32,000 nt of DNA from Candidatus Odinarchaeota archaeon (GTDB taxonomy: Archaea; Asgardarchaeota; Odinarchaeia; Odinarchaeales; Odinarchaeaceae): NCBI GenBank assembly GCA_016839265.1, contig JAEOUO010000002.1, positions 30,001 through 62,000 on the forward strand, in the 5' to 3' direction. The translations under genes were made by a program, and so were the position numbers. Under the pieces are notes generated by a model, which searched no databases, was not told the origin of the DNA, and saw only the letters and a list, made by a program, of their open reading frames with translations. Within the stretch, counting starts at the first letter, position 1. Each line of letters starts with the position of its first letter. Below, piece after piece: positions 8,963 to 18,192 of the stretch.

Positions 8963-9517
8963 CTACGAGTAAATCTCTAACTCTGTGAGCATTTTATCAA
9001 GTTTGTTAACCGCTTCTTGAACATCAGTCTCTTTCTTAGCTCCTGTACACACGATTCTACCGGAACAGAATAATAGAAAAACAACTTTAGGATATTTAGC
9101 TCTGTATATTAATCCTGGAAACTGCTCCGGCTCGTAGAGAGCGTCTTCAAGTGTAAGTGAAGCCACTTCTAAATCCAATCTAGCGCCTAAATTCCCTGAA
9201 GCTACAATGTTTTGAATCTGAATTTTAGGCTCGCTTTTAATATCTATACCCGCGTTTTTAATTTTCTCGATGACTTTAGAAACTACAGTCGGCGCATCCT
9301 CTTCACCTCTGAGGCCTGTAACCACCATTTTACCTGTATTAAAGACGAGTATGGCCGCCTTAGGATCTGTTAAGCGCAGGACTAAACCCGGAAACTGTGA
9401 TGGGTCATACTCTGCTTCCGAAATATTATTTGAAAGCTTATTAAGGTCAATTCTATCCTCTAAACTTACTGATGCTACCACGTTCTCAACTTTATATGTT
9501 ATCTCTCTTTTACTCAT
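8963..9517 (-). CDS. tbp: TATA-box-binding protein
   Basis: Two TBP repeats: VENVVAS...YDPSQFPGLVLRL...FNTGKMVVTG and IQNIVAS...YEPEQFPGLIYR...FCSGRIVCTGAK. Confidence 0.98.
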   Translation of the reverse strand: MSKREITYKVENVVASVSLEDRIDLNKLSNNISEAEYDPSQFPGLVLRLTDPKAAILVFNTGKMVVTGLRGEEDAPTVVSKVIEKIKNAGIDIKSEPKIQIQNIVASGNLGARLDLEVASLTLEDALYEPEQFPGLIYRAKYPKVVFLLFCSGRIVCTGAKKETDVQEAVNKLDKMLTELEIYS

Positions 9518-9750
9518 CTAACACACCATCAACGTTTTACTGTATTCAATTATTAAATAATACTCTACTAAAACTGGTTATTATTAAAAGATTATAAAGC
9601 GTGAATATAAGCATTACCGTTAACATCATTAATATGCTCTTCGAATTCATCATAAACCGGTAAGTGGTTTTATACCTTTAATCGGACAATAAAGTTAAAT
9701 AATAAATAGTTATATTTTTAGACGATTACATGTAAACGCGGTGAAAAGAT

Positions 9751-10395
9751 ATGGTTGATAAGAAAACTTCACTGAGCGAAGTTAAAGGATTAAGTAAAAA
9801 AACACTTGAAGCATTAAATAAAGCTGGTATCACAACAATCGGGGAATTATCTAAATACAGCTTAGACGAGCTTCAGAATAAAATTCCAGATTTGTCTAAA
9901 ACTACTTTGAAACGGTTATTAGATAAAGTTAGTGAATTAAAAACTAAAAATATTGCAAAATCAATTGAAAAAACAGAGGTTGAAAAACCTAAAACCGCTA
10001 AGGAACCATTGAAAAATACGAGTAAAAAGGTGAAGCCTGTTAAAGAGAAAAAGAGTAGGATTGAAGCTAAAATTGAAAAAACCGGTAAACTGTCCACAAC
10101 TAAAAAAACTAAACTCACAGCTAAACCTTCTGAACCTGTTAGAAGAATAATTGGAAGAGTGTATTCTTTTGAAAGAGGGGGGGCTAAAACATCTAATAAC
10201 AAGGTTTTAGCCCGTATAGTAGATTCTTCAAAGAAAATAGAAGAGTTGATCGGGGTTAAAATTTTATTAAAGTACGGTCGTAATATTGCTGTTAAAGGTA
10301 AAATAATAGGTAAACACGGGAATAACTCTAATGTTAAGATAAGGCTGGATAGGCCTGTTTCAACCGCTGTTTTAAACGCCGCCATCTACTTATAA
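9751..10395 (+). CDS. Ribosomal protein L35Ae-like domain fused to an N-terminal HhH domain through a Lys-rich linker
   Basis: Residues 131-214 (IIGRVYSFERG...NNKVL...ELIG..ILLK...VKGKIIGKHGNNSNVKIRLDR) match the archaeal L35Ae pattern. Residues 6-64 (LSEVKGLSKKTLEALNKAGITTIGEL...IPDLSKTTL) are a helix-hairpin-helix pair. Confidence 0.7.
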   Translation: MVDKKTSLSEVKGLSKKTLEALNKAGITTIGELSKYSLDELQNKIPDLSKTTLKRLLDKVSELKTKNIAKSIEKTEVEKPKTAKEPLKNTSKKVKPVKEKKSRIEAKIEKTGKLSTTKKTKLTAKPSEPVRRIIGRVYSFERGGAKTSNNKVLARIVDSSKKIEELIGVKILLKYGRNIAVKGKIIGKHGNNSNVKIRLDRPVSTAVLNAAIYL

Positions 10396-10430
10396 GCTGT
10401 GATTAACTTTATAACTATTTATCTTCTTTT

Positions 10431-10997
10431 TTAGGTTAATGGTTTTAACGCAACGAGAAAATAGTGGTACGGGTAAACATTATAGTTTTTTACATTAAAA
10501 CCGTATTTAGTAAATGCTTCTTCAGCCTCTAGAAGGCTTATTCTATCAATTACAGGAGGCCCGCTTGGTGTGTTTTTCTTTTTCCAATCTATATCAACTA
10601 TTATGTTTGTTTTACCCGCCGCCCAGTTAATATACTCCTCAAAATTATTTAACTCATGTAAGACGTTTGAGAATAATATTAAATCAACTTTTTCATCGAT
10701 TTGCGGCGGTTTATCTGTGTGAATGAATATTATATTTTGAATATTTTTTACTGCAGCCTTATTTTTTAAATAATTAAGCATTTCTATACTTAAATCTGTA
10801 GCGTAAACTTTCCTGAATAATTCCGATAATGGTAGAGTAAAATAACCTGCTCCCGCCCCTATTTCACAGGCGATATTTCTCTTGTTCTCTTCTAAAACTT
10901 CTTTTATTATATTTTTGAATATGCTGGTTGAGAGAAAACTCTCTCTTTCAGGGTCTTCAAGAACTTTAATATTTTTAGGATTAAAAATATGAGGCAT
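10431..10997 (-). CDS. Class I SAM-dependent methyltransferase
   Basis: CEIGAGAGYFT motif I, VYATDLSIEML, DLILFSNVLHE, and DWKKKNTPSGPP, typical of this small methyltransferase family. Confidence 0.9.
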   Translation of the reverse strand: MPHIFNPKNIKVLEDPERESFLSTSIFKNIIKEVLEENKRNIACEIGAGAGYFTLPLSELFRKVYATDLSIEMLNYLKNKAAVKNIQNIIFIHTDKPPQIDEKVDLILFSNVLHELNNFEEYINWAAGKTNIIVDIDWKKKNTPSGPPVIDRISLLEAEEAFTKYGFNVKNYNVYPYHYFLVALKPLT

Positions 10998-11006
10998 ATT
11001 TCTCGC

Positions 11007-12024
11007 TTAAATCCATTTTTTCATTCTAAAATATAAGAGCATAGTAACAGTGACAGCTATCATAACGATTAATATCAGCGGATAACCCTATATAAACTCT
11101 AGCTCAGCCATGAATTTAAAATTCATACCGTAAACGTCTGCGATAAAAAGTTAAAGGAATGAATATTGTAGCTATTAGGGTTAATATTTTCATAACTTCG
11201 TTTGTTCTGTTACTTATGTTTGAAAGACATGTGTCAACCATGCTGGATAATACTTCCTGTAATGTTTCTATTAAATCTATTATTTGAATAATATGATCGT
11301 GGATGTCTCTCAGATATATTACCGTTTTCTGTGATGTGAATGGTGTTCCTATCCTTAATAACCTGTTCAAAATTTCTCTGAGAGGCCATGTAATTTTTCT
11401 TATAAATATCATCTGTCTTTTTAAACTGTTAATTTCGTTGACTGTTTTCTGAGACGGGTTGACTAGTAATCCATCATCTATGTTCGATTCATCTTCAAGT
11501 ATGCCACAAATATTGAGGTAGTTATCCTCGATTGAATCTATCATGGATGTTAGTAAAAAATTAGCCCCCGTTCCTTTTATTAAACATCTATTATATTTTA
11601 TAGTTTCCTTTATACTCTCGAATGCATCTTCTTTTCTTTCTTGAAATGGCATTACATAATCTTTACCTAAAATGAAGCTTATCTGTTCTACTATTATCTT
11701 CTCATCTTCTAGACTGTAATGAAGCATTTTAACAATAACATAAACATGGTTTTCAAGAATTTGATTTTAGGTCTTTGATCAATGTTAATTATATCTTCTA
11801 ATAGTTTGGTGGACTTCGTATATTTTACCAATCTGGTTGATAAGCCTACTATTGTTTCACGTGTACACGTTTATCCATGTGGCTACTGTATTTTTTCTGT
11901 CTGTTTTCAATTCACATATGTCAGATGGCTCTATATCGGAGAATTCTTTGTTATTATATTCTACTACATGGATTCTATTTTTATTATCTGGATTATCTCT
12001 TAGTGGGGTTATGTTTTCGCTCAT
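11007..12024 (-). pseudogene. corA: Magnesium/cobalt transporter CorA, pseudogene
   Basis: A full CorA can be reconstructed from ATG 12024: RIHVVEYNNKEF, TWINVYT*NN (TGA 11859-11857), YEVH / LLEDIINIDQRPKI (frameshift near 11806), F/ENHVYVIVKML (frameshift near 11756), IATIFIPLTF / IADVYGMNFKFM (extra T in the run at 11145-11149), ELEFI*GYP (TAG 11090-11088), ending MKKWI* at 11007. Confidence 0.92.
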
Positions 12025-12077
12025 TTTTTACTCTATTTTACTTTTATGATATTGTATTTTTATTTTATTCTTCTTTA

Positions 12078-12093
12078 CAGTAAAATTTATATA
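12078..12093 (+). promoter_or_regulatory. BRE/TATA promoter of the thermosome gene
   Basis: CAGTAAAA followed by TTTATATA (12086-12093), about 65 nt upstream of the start; matches the canonical archaeal arrangement. Confidence 0.55.
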
Positions 12094-12156
12094 GAAGTAT
12101 AAATACTATTCACTCAAAATTTTAACACTTAATTTTTAAAATACGAGGTGTCATCT

Positions 12157-13800
12157 ATGGCTGAAATAGGACAATTAGGTGGAACTCCAATACTTATACT
12201 TAAAGAAGGTACAAGTAGAACTAAAGGTAAAGAAGCTCAAAGAGCTAATATAACCGCTGCGAAAGTCATAGCTGAAGCTGTCAGAAGTTCTCTAGGCCCC
12301 CGTGGAATGGATAAAATGCTTGTTGATAGCTTGGGGGATGTTACAATTACAAATGACGGCGCTACTATATTAAAGGAAATGGATGTTCAACATCCAGCTG
12401 CTAAAATGATGGTTGAAGTAGCTAAAACCCAAGACCATGAAGTCGGCGACGGAACAACCACAGCGGTTGTATTAGCTGGTGAGCTTTTGAAGAAAGCTGA
12501 AGAATTATTAGATAAAAATATTCACCCGACTATTATAGTGTCAGGTTACAGAAGAGCTACTGAGAACGCTCTTAAAATACTTGATGAAATTTCTTTAGAT
12601 GTAAGCCCTGACGACGATCAAGTTTTGAAGAATGTTGCTATCACCGCTATGGCTACTAAAGTTGTCAGCGGAGCCAGAGAGTTCTTAGCTGATTTAGCTG
12701 TGAAAGCTGTTAGATCCGTGGCTGAAAAAGTTGGAGATGAGCTTAGAGTAGACATTGATAATGTGAAAGTGGAGAAAAAAGAGGGTGGAAGTGTAGAGGA
12801 CACGCTTCTAATTAATGGTGTGCTTCTCGATAAAGAGGTAGTTCATCACGCGATGCCTAAGAAGGTGAAAAACGCTAAGATTGCATTATTAGACGGCGCA
12901 TTAGAAGTTGAGAAAACAGAGTTCGACGCTAAAATCAACATTACCCAAGTAGAGCAAATGCAAGCTTTCCTTGAAGAAGAGCAGAATATACTAAAGAATA
13001 TGGTTGAAAAAATCAAGGCAACAGGCGCTAACGTAGTGATCACTCAAAAAGGAATTGATGATTTAGCTCAACACTATCTTGCTAAGGCTGGAATTTTAGC
13101 TGTCCGACGCGTAAAGAAATCCGATATGGATAAGCTTGCAAGAGCAACAGGCGGCTCTATAATCACTAACATTGAGGATATAACCGCTAAAGATCTAGGT
13201 GAAGCAGAAGTCGTCTACGAGAAGAAGGTAGGAGACGAACAAATGGTTTTCGTAGAAGGATGCAAGAATCCGAAATCTGTAAGTGTTCTTATCAGAGGGG
13301 CAAGTGAAATGGTTGTAAACGAAGCAGAGAGAGCCTTCCATGATGCTTTATGTGTTGTAAGAAATATTCTACTAGAATCGAAAATCGTAGCAGGGGGCGG
13401 TGCTCCTGAAGTGGAGATCGCTAAGGCTCTTCGTGATTACGCTGAGACTTTAAGCGGCAGAGAGCAGCTTGCAGTTATAAAATTCGCTGAAGCTGTTGAA
13501 TCAATACCTAGAGCGTTAGCTGAAAACGCTGGTTTAGATCCTGTTGACATATTAGTACAGTTGAAAGCAGCTCATGAAAACGGTCGTAAATGGGCTGGTG
13601 TTAACATCTTAGACGGTGGGGTTGCTGACATGGATAAACTTAATATTTGGGAACCGTCATCAGTTAAAAAACAGGCGATGAAATCAGCTAGTGAAGCAGC
13701 GCAAATGATATTAAGAATTGATGATATCATAGCTGCAGGAAAATCTACTACGCCTAAACCACCAAGCCCTTCAGGAGCTGAAAGTAGTGACGAATATTAA
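12157..13800 (+). CDS. ths: Thermosome subunit (group II chaperonin)
   Basis: [43 protein letters not shown] and [17 protein letters not shown] favours ATG 12157 over GTG 12148. Confidence 0.98.
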   Translation: MAEIGQLGGTPILILKEGTSRTKGKEAQRANITAAKVIAEAVRSSLGPRGMDKMLVDSLGDVTITNDGATILKEMDVQHPAAKMMVEVAKTQDHEVGDGTTTAVVLAGELLKKAEELLDKNIHPTIIVSGYRRATENALKILDEISLDVSPDDDQVLKNVAITAMATKVVSGAREFLADLAVKAVRSVAEKVGDELRVDIDNVKVEKKEGGSVEDTLLINGVLLDKEVVHHAMPKKVKNAKIALLDGALEVEKTEFDAKINITQVEQMQAFLEEEQNILKNMVEKIKATGANVVITQKGIDDLAQHYLAKAGILAVRRVKKSDMDKLARATGGSIITNIEDITAKDLGEAEVVYEKKVGDEQMVFVEGCKNPKSVSVLIRGASEMVVNEAERAFHDALCVVRNILLESKIVAGGGAPEVEIAKALRDYAETLSGREQLAVIKFAEAVESIPRALAENAGLDPVDILVQLKAAHENGRKWAGVNILDGGVADMDKLNIWEPSSVKKQAMKSASEAAQMILRIDDIIAAGKSTTPKPPSPSGAESSDEY

Positions 13801-14122
13801 TAGTATAACTGAAAATTCTTCAACCACTAAGAAAAGGGTGGCTAAGAAACCTGCTGCGAAAAAAATAGGTGAAACAGAGTTTCTCATTAAAATCGGCCCT
13901 CCGGTTCTCACCAGATATGAGCGTAGTCGAATCATAGGCGCACGAGCTTTACAAATATCGATGGGTGCGCCTATCCTCATAGACGTTCAAGGTAAACTAG
14001 ATCCTATCCAAATCGCTGAAGAGGAGCTTAAAAATTTAATACTACCTATCATGGTGACTAGAACTCTACCTACAGGGGAATCTCAGAGTATTCCTATAAA
14101 AGTTTTAATGGCCGGTTCCTAA
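13787..14122 (+). CDS. rpo6: DNA-directed RNA polymerase subunit Rpo6 (K/omega, RPB6 homolog)
   Basis: [22 protein letters not shown] and [10 protein letters not shown]...[11 protein letters not shown]. The start is uncertain: GTG 13787 overlaps the thermosome stop, and there is an in-frame GTG at 13838. Confidence 0.93.
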   Translation: MTNINSITENSSTTKKRVAKKPAAKKIGETEFLIKIGPPVLTRYERSRIIGARALQISMGAPILIDVQGKLDPIQIAEEELKNLILPIMVTRTLPTGESQSIPIKVLMAGS

Positions 14123-15127
14123 ATATAAATCTCTTATTTTTTTAATTTCTAAATACCTGTTTTTTATATTTTCAGAACACAAATCCACTGTGCTATAAGG
14201 TCTATGAGTTGTAGCTAAAATAAAATTACTATTTTTAAGAACAGATAAATCTTTTATTAAAAATTCTTTCAAAAAAGTGAACTTCTCTTCATCCCCGTAT
14301 AGAAAGTTTATCGGTAGCCCTGTGAAGAAAATAAGTTTTTTACCAGCTATAAATCTATTAATTAAATTCAACCATTCTATTAATTCTTTATAGGAGTTCT
14401 TAGGCATTAAATCGAGGGGGTGAATCCCATTATAATTTTCTTCAATAAACTCCGCTTCTCTAGAAGGGTCTCCGTCTGTGTGCAAAACTGCGTATAACCC
14501 CTTAGATTTAATAGTTAAACTGATTCTCTTATGATTCTCCCGCCAAACTTTATTTATAAATTCAATCGGATATAAGTAACCGTGGTAATCGAAAACATCA
14601 TCAGCTATTCTGACAGCTTCGAAGAGTTTAATGAAACCTGTATTCTCTAGTATATATATAATATACTCTGTAAGCTTATCATGGATTTCCTTAGCTGCAT
14701 GCGGGTTCGCCCAGCATAAATATGAATAATCGAAGCTGTGAGCTATAAAACCTCTGTTTAAACTCTTACTAGCACAGAAAGCTTCAGCCATCTCAGTTGG
14801 CCCTAACATTTTTAACATTCTAAAACGATCCGTCTCTGTTAAAAGTTTTTTAAACACGCTGACTCTCTTATCAAATTCCATTAAAAGTTCTTTTTTAGAT
14901 GGCCATTGATAACCGTTGATGTTTATTTTTTTAGCCCAGCTTAACCGATTCAACGATCTGCTGAAAGGCCCGCCATGTACGTAGAAAGTCTCAAATTTAC
15001 TAATTCTACCGGATATGGTTATAATATCACTGTATATGTTTTCAAGAAACGGGTCACCTATCTCTATTTGAAGCGGTGTAACTCTGGTTTTAACCCCTTT
15101 AAATAGTGTAATTATTATTTCCCTCAT
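14105..15127 (-). CDS. Uroporphyrinogen decarboxylase / cobamide methyltransferase (URO-D/MtaA) fold protein
   Basis: [23 protein letters not shown] and FILATTH are typical of the anaerobe URO-D-like family. Substrate unknown. Confidence 0.7.
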   Translation of the reverse strand: MREIIITLFKGVKTRVTPLQIEIGDPFLENIYSDIITISGRISKFETFYVHGGPFSRSLNRLSWAKKININGYQWPSKKELLMEFDKRVSVFKKLLTETDRFRMLKMLGPTEMAEAFCASKSLNRGFIAHSFDYSYLCWANPHAAKEIHDKLTEYIIYILENTGFIKLFEAVRIADDVFDYHGYLYPIEFINKVWRENHKRISLTIKSKGLYAVLHTDGDPSREAEFIEENYNGIHPLDLMPKNSYKELIEWLNLINRFIAGKKLIFFTGLPINFLYGDEEKFTFLKEFLIKDLSVLKNSNFILATTHRPYSTVDLCSENIKNRYLEIKKIRDLYLGTGH

Positions 15128-15175
15128 AATTAGCTTAAATAATATTTTTATACTATTTATTTTTCAGTTTCAACC

Positions 15176-16003
15176 ATGGATCCGCTTATTTTATTCTTAA
15201 TTTTTATAACAGCTATTTCAATAGGCTTTGTCGCCTCTATGATTGGAATAGGCGGCAACTCTCTGTTTATACCTATACTTGTTATCTTTTTAAATCTAGA
15301 TATACATGTGGCTATAGCGACGATGGTGTTCAGCTCGTTTTTCATAGGCTTATCCTCTCTTATAGTTTATTTTAAGAGTAGAGTTGTAGATTTCAAGCTA
15401 GCGCTGTTAGTGGAGGCGGGTACAATTCCAGGAGCGTTTTTAGCACCTCACATATCCGTTTTAACTTCTACAGAATTTTTAACATACATATTTGTGACTG
15501 CTATGCTTTTAATATCCGTATATATGGTGTTATCTAATCATTTTAAACCTGACGCTGACACTCATGAATGCTCAACTCAGAGAACGGTTTTTAAAAAATA
15601 TTTTTTGATTCGAGAATATAATTATAAAAATGAGAAGCACACTGCTGTTATCAACATCCCTTTAACTATAATCATCTCATTTATTATCGGTTTAATAGTT
15701 GGATTAATAGGTGTTGCAGGTGGAACCATGAAAGTTCCGTTTCTTAATCTTGTATGCGGGGTGCCTATGGTCATCTCCATAGGAACCGCTTTTTTAATGA
15801 TTACTTTAACATCTATATCCGCTACAGCAGGTTACGCTCTGTACGCGTTAATTAACTTTTCTATAGCTTTACCGATAGTAATCGGTTTGATAATAGGTTC
15901 ACAGCTTGGTTCAAGGGTTGCCTTAAAATTACCTCAGAAAAAGCTTAAAATAATCTTTAGTATAGCATTAGCTTTGATATCTATCCTAATGCTTATCATT
16001 TAA
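15176..16003 (+). CDS. TauE/SafE (sulfite exporter, DUF81) family membrane protein
   Basis: Two repeats, IGFVASMIGIGGNSLFIP and IGLIVGLIGVAGGTMKVP, plus AIATM / SIGTA and GSQLGSRVA. Confidence 0.9.
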   Translation: MDPLILFLIFITAISIGFVASMIGIGGNSLFIPILVIFLNLDIHVAIATMVFSSFFIGLSSLIVYFKSRVVDFKLALLVEAGTIPGAFLAPHISVLTSTEFLTYIFVTAMLLISVYMVLSNHFKPDADTHECSTQRTVFKKYFLIREYNYKNEKHTAVINIPLTIIISFIIGLIVGLIGVAGGTMKVPFLNLVCGVPMVISIGTAFLMITLTSISATAGYALYALINFSIALPIVIGLIIGSQLGSRVALKLPQKKLKIIFSIALALISILMLII

Positions 16004-16020
16004 TTATTGATGCGATAGAG

Positions 16021-16938
16021 TTGATTAAATTGTGGAATGGATTAAAACCCTTATTGAAAACCGTTATTGGAAGCTACCCTGTTAATGGATTAACTGGGTT
16101 AGAAGCTGTTAAAAACGCGGTTGAACAGCAGCTAGAAGCCGGCGTAGAACTGGTAAGCGACGGCCAAACACGTAAAGATATGATCTCATACTTTACAGAT
16201 CACATACCAGGTTTTATAATTCACGAGAATCATTCTAAAATAGTGGATAAGATCACTCCTCCTGAAACATCACCTATACTTGAAGATTTACTTTACGCTA
16301 ACAGCTTTTTAAAAGAAGGCCGCTTTCTTAAAGCGATTATAACAGGCCCGGTAACTTTAATAGCTTCAGCTAAAATCGATAAATCATCCCCTTACAATGG
16401 TTTTCTAGATCAGAAACTTTACGTTGATCTAGGTGAAGCGCTTAAAAGAGAAGCTGAACTTTTATTGAAAAGCGGGGCCGCTTTTCTGCAAATAGATGAA
16501 CCTTTCTACTCTGTTGGAGTTCCTATTGAGTTAGGTGAAATCGCTATTAAAATTATTACGGAAAATATTAAGGTACCTGTAGGTCTTCACGTTTGTGGTG
16601 ACATTAGAAAAGTTTTTTCGAAGCTTGTTTCAATTCAAGGAGTGAATATTTTAAGTTTAGAGTTTGCAGCATCTCCTAGTAATTTCACAGTTGTGAATAA
16701 ACATGATTTGAATAAATATGATAAAATTCTAGGAGTCGGATGTGTCAACACGCAAACTAATATTGTGGAGTCAATTAACACGATTAGAGAGGTTCTACTT
16801 AAAGCGTCTTCAATATTGAACTCTAATAATTTTATCGTTCACCCTGATTGCGGTCTGAGACTTTTACCGTCTGAAGTCGCTTATACTAAGCTTGTTAACA
16901 TGGTGGAAGCTGTTAACACTCTCTCAATAAATGTTTGA
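16021..16938 (+). CDS. metE: Cobalamin-independent methionine synthase, catalytic (core) domain only
   Basis: TVIGSYP, SDGQTR, IITGPVTL, LQIDEP and the Zn ligands LHVCG, LEF and HPDCGL. At about 305 aa it lacks the N-terminal folate-binding barrel. Confidence 0.88.
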   Translation: MIKLWNGLKPLLKTVIGSYPVNGLTGLEAVKNAVEQQLEAGVELVSDGQTRKDMISYFTDHIPGFIIHENHSKIVDKITPPETSPILEDLLYANSFLKEGRFLKAIITGPVTLIASAKIDKSSPYNGFLDQKLYVDLGEALKREAELLLKSGAAFLQIDEPFYSVGVPIELGEIAIKIITENIKVPVGLHVCGDIRKVFSKLVSIQGVNILSLEFAASPSNFTVVNKHDLNKYDKILGVGCVNTQTNIVESINTIREVLLKASSILNSNNFIVHPDCGLRLLPSEVAYTKLVNMVEAVNTLSINV

Positions 16939-16947
16939 TTTAGGTGA

Positions 16948-18081
16948 TTAAGTTTTATCTATTTTAACCACGTTTAAATCCTCATCTAAATATATTTTAA
17001 AACTGTGATCTCCATGCTGTATTGAGAAAGGTATAGGATAGGTTTTAATATTTTCAAAATATGTTGAATCCATAGTGAATTTGATTTTAGTTGAACAATA
17101 AGGGCATTCAAGTATTCTAGTTATTCTGCTAGGAATTTTACCTTCTTCCTTAAATGTTTTCACAAATTCACTTCTCTTCTTATCAACCCAATTGTTTATC
17201 ACAACACGGCCTTCAGCTAAAACACTTTTAATATTCTCTAGAAGATTTAACATTACTGCTTTAACCTTATCTTTTCTTTCACCAGTTTTAGACATAAAGA
17301 AAAAAGACAGATGATATCCCTGCTCTGGTTTAGACATTACCCGGAAAACACCCTCCTCACCAAAACCGCGGGTAAGCTTTCTGATAATATACGTGTCTAA
17401 CTCATCTTTTACAGGCAAGTTTAATGAGAGAATCGCGGAATTAACACATTTTTTAGCTAAACCATTAGCTAAACTATACTCTTCATAATCGCATTTATCG
17501 CATTCAACTTCCTCGCAGAAAACACAAGGCGTGTCTATATTTCTATAAGGACAATTATATGGTTTTAAATCTGTAATCTTATCAAGAACCTCTTCCACGC
17601 TCATCATCTGAGGAGGTTGTTTAACATGAATTTTACAGGCATCCTCCCCCTCCCATTTACTCTCTAATATCTCTATCAAGAAGCCTGGATTGAAAACATC
17701 CGATATAACTTTTGAACCGGGTAAACATATAAGTCTGCATAAGGGGTTAGGGGAAACAGTTCCACCGATCTCCATTATCGGGCATTTAATCACTTTAACG
17801 CTGATAACATCATCACTTAAATTTTTAACATCTACTTTGAATCCGAAAAGCGGCATATATTTTTCATAAAATTTTAATACTCCTTCACGTCCGCTGCTTT
17901 CCTCATATGATTTAATCTGGTTTAAAATTTTATGGAAAATCTCGTCTTTTTCTTTAGATAGAAGCTGAGCTGCATCACCCCCGTATTTCATAACTATCTT
18001 AGAGAATATCATAGTATAAAAGTTGAATAAGCTATCTCTCAATATCGATAATTTTTCATCCGTTTTCTCAGATTCATCCAA
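16948..18081 (-). CDS. Multidomain protein: V4R-like N-terminal domain + ARPC4 (Arp2/3 subunit 4)-like domain + C-terminal CxxC...HxxH zinc module
   Basis: Residues 212-310 (VNSAILS...DELD...RKLTR...KPEQGYHLSF...ENIKSVLAEG...N...SEFVKTF) align by hand with human ARPC4. N-terminal KCP...CRLIC...DACKIHV pattern; C-terminal ECPYC...YPIPFSIQHGDH...YLD. TTG start with a GAGG RBS. Confidence 0.7.
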   Translation of the reverse strand: MDESEKTDEKLSILRDSLFNFYTMIFSKIVMKYGGDAAQLLSKEKDEIFHKILNQIKSYEESSGREGVLKFYEKYMPLFGFKVDVKNLSDDVISVKVIKCPIMEIGGTVSPNPLCRLICLPGSKVISDVFNPGFLIEILESKWEGEDACKIHVKQPPQMMSVEEVLDKITDLKPYNCPYRNIDTPCVFCEEVECDKCDYEEYSLANGLAKKCVNSAILSLNLPVKDELDTYIIRKLTRGFGEEGVFRVMSKPEQGYHLSFFFMSKTGERKDKVKAVMLNLLENIKSVLAEGRVVINNWVDKKRSEFVKTFKEEGKIPSRITRILECPYCSTKIKFTMDSTYFENIKTYPIPFSIQHGDHSFKIYLDEDLNVVKIDKT

Positions 18082-18192
18082 TTTTCTAGACCTCGATAAA
18101 ATATAGTTTAAATTTAAAATAGTTTTATATGCTCATATATATTATTTTTTACTATATAACAATGAATAAAATTAATTAAAGTAGGCTTTAAT

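Noticed and set aside
7343-10385. ORFs 7343-7546, 9270-9521 and the 170-aa antisense ORF 9873-10385
   Set aside because: Antisense shadows of the radical SAM, tbp and HhH-L35Ae genes. The hydrophobic look of 9873-10385 is the reverse complement of Lys-rich codons.
11782-12083. Three overlapping hydrophobic plus-strand ORFs
   Set aside because: They are the antisense of the 5' part of the corA pseudogene, which explains this region.
18107-18118. TTTAAATTTAAA palindrome in the divergent spacer upstream of the ARPC4-like gene
   Set aside because: Composed only of A and T in a highly AT-rich spacer; not distinguishable from background.
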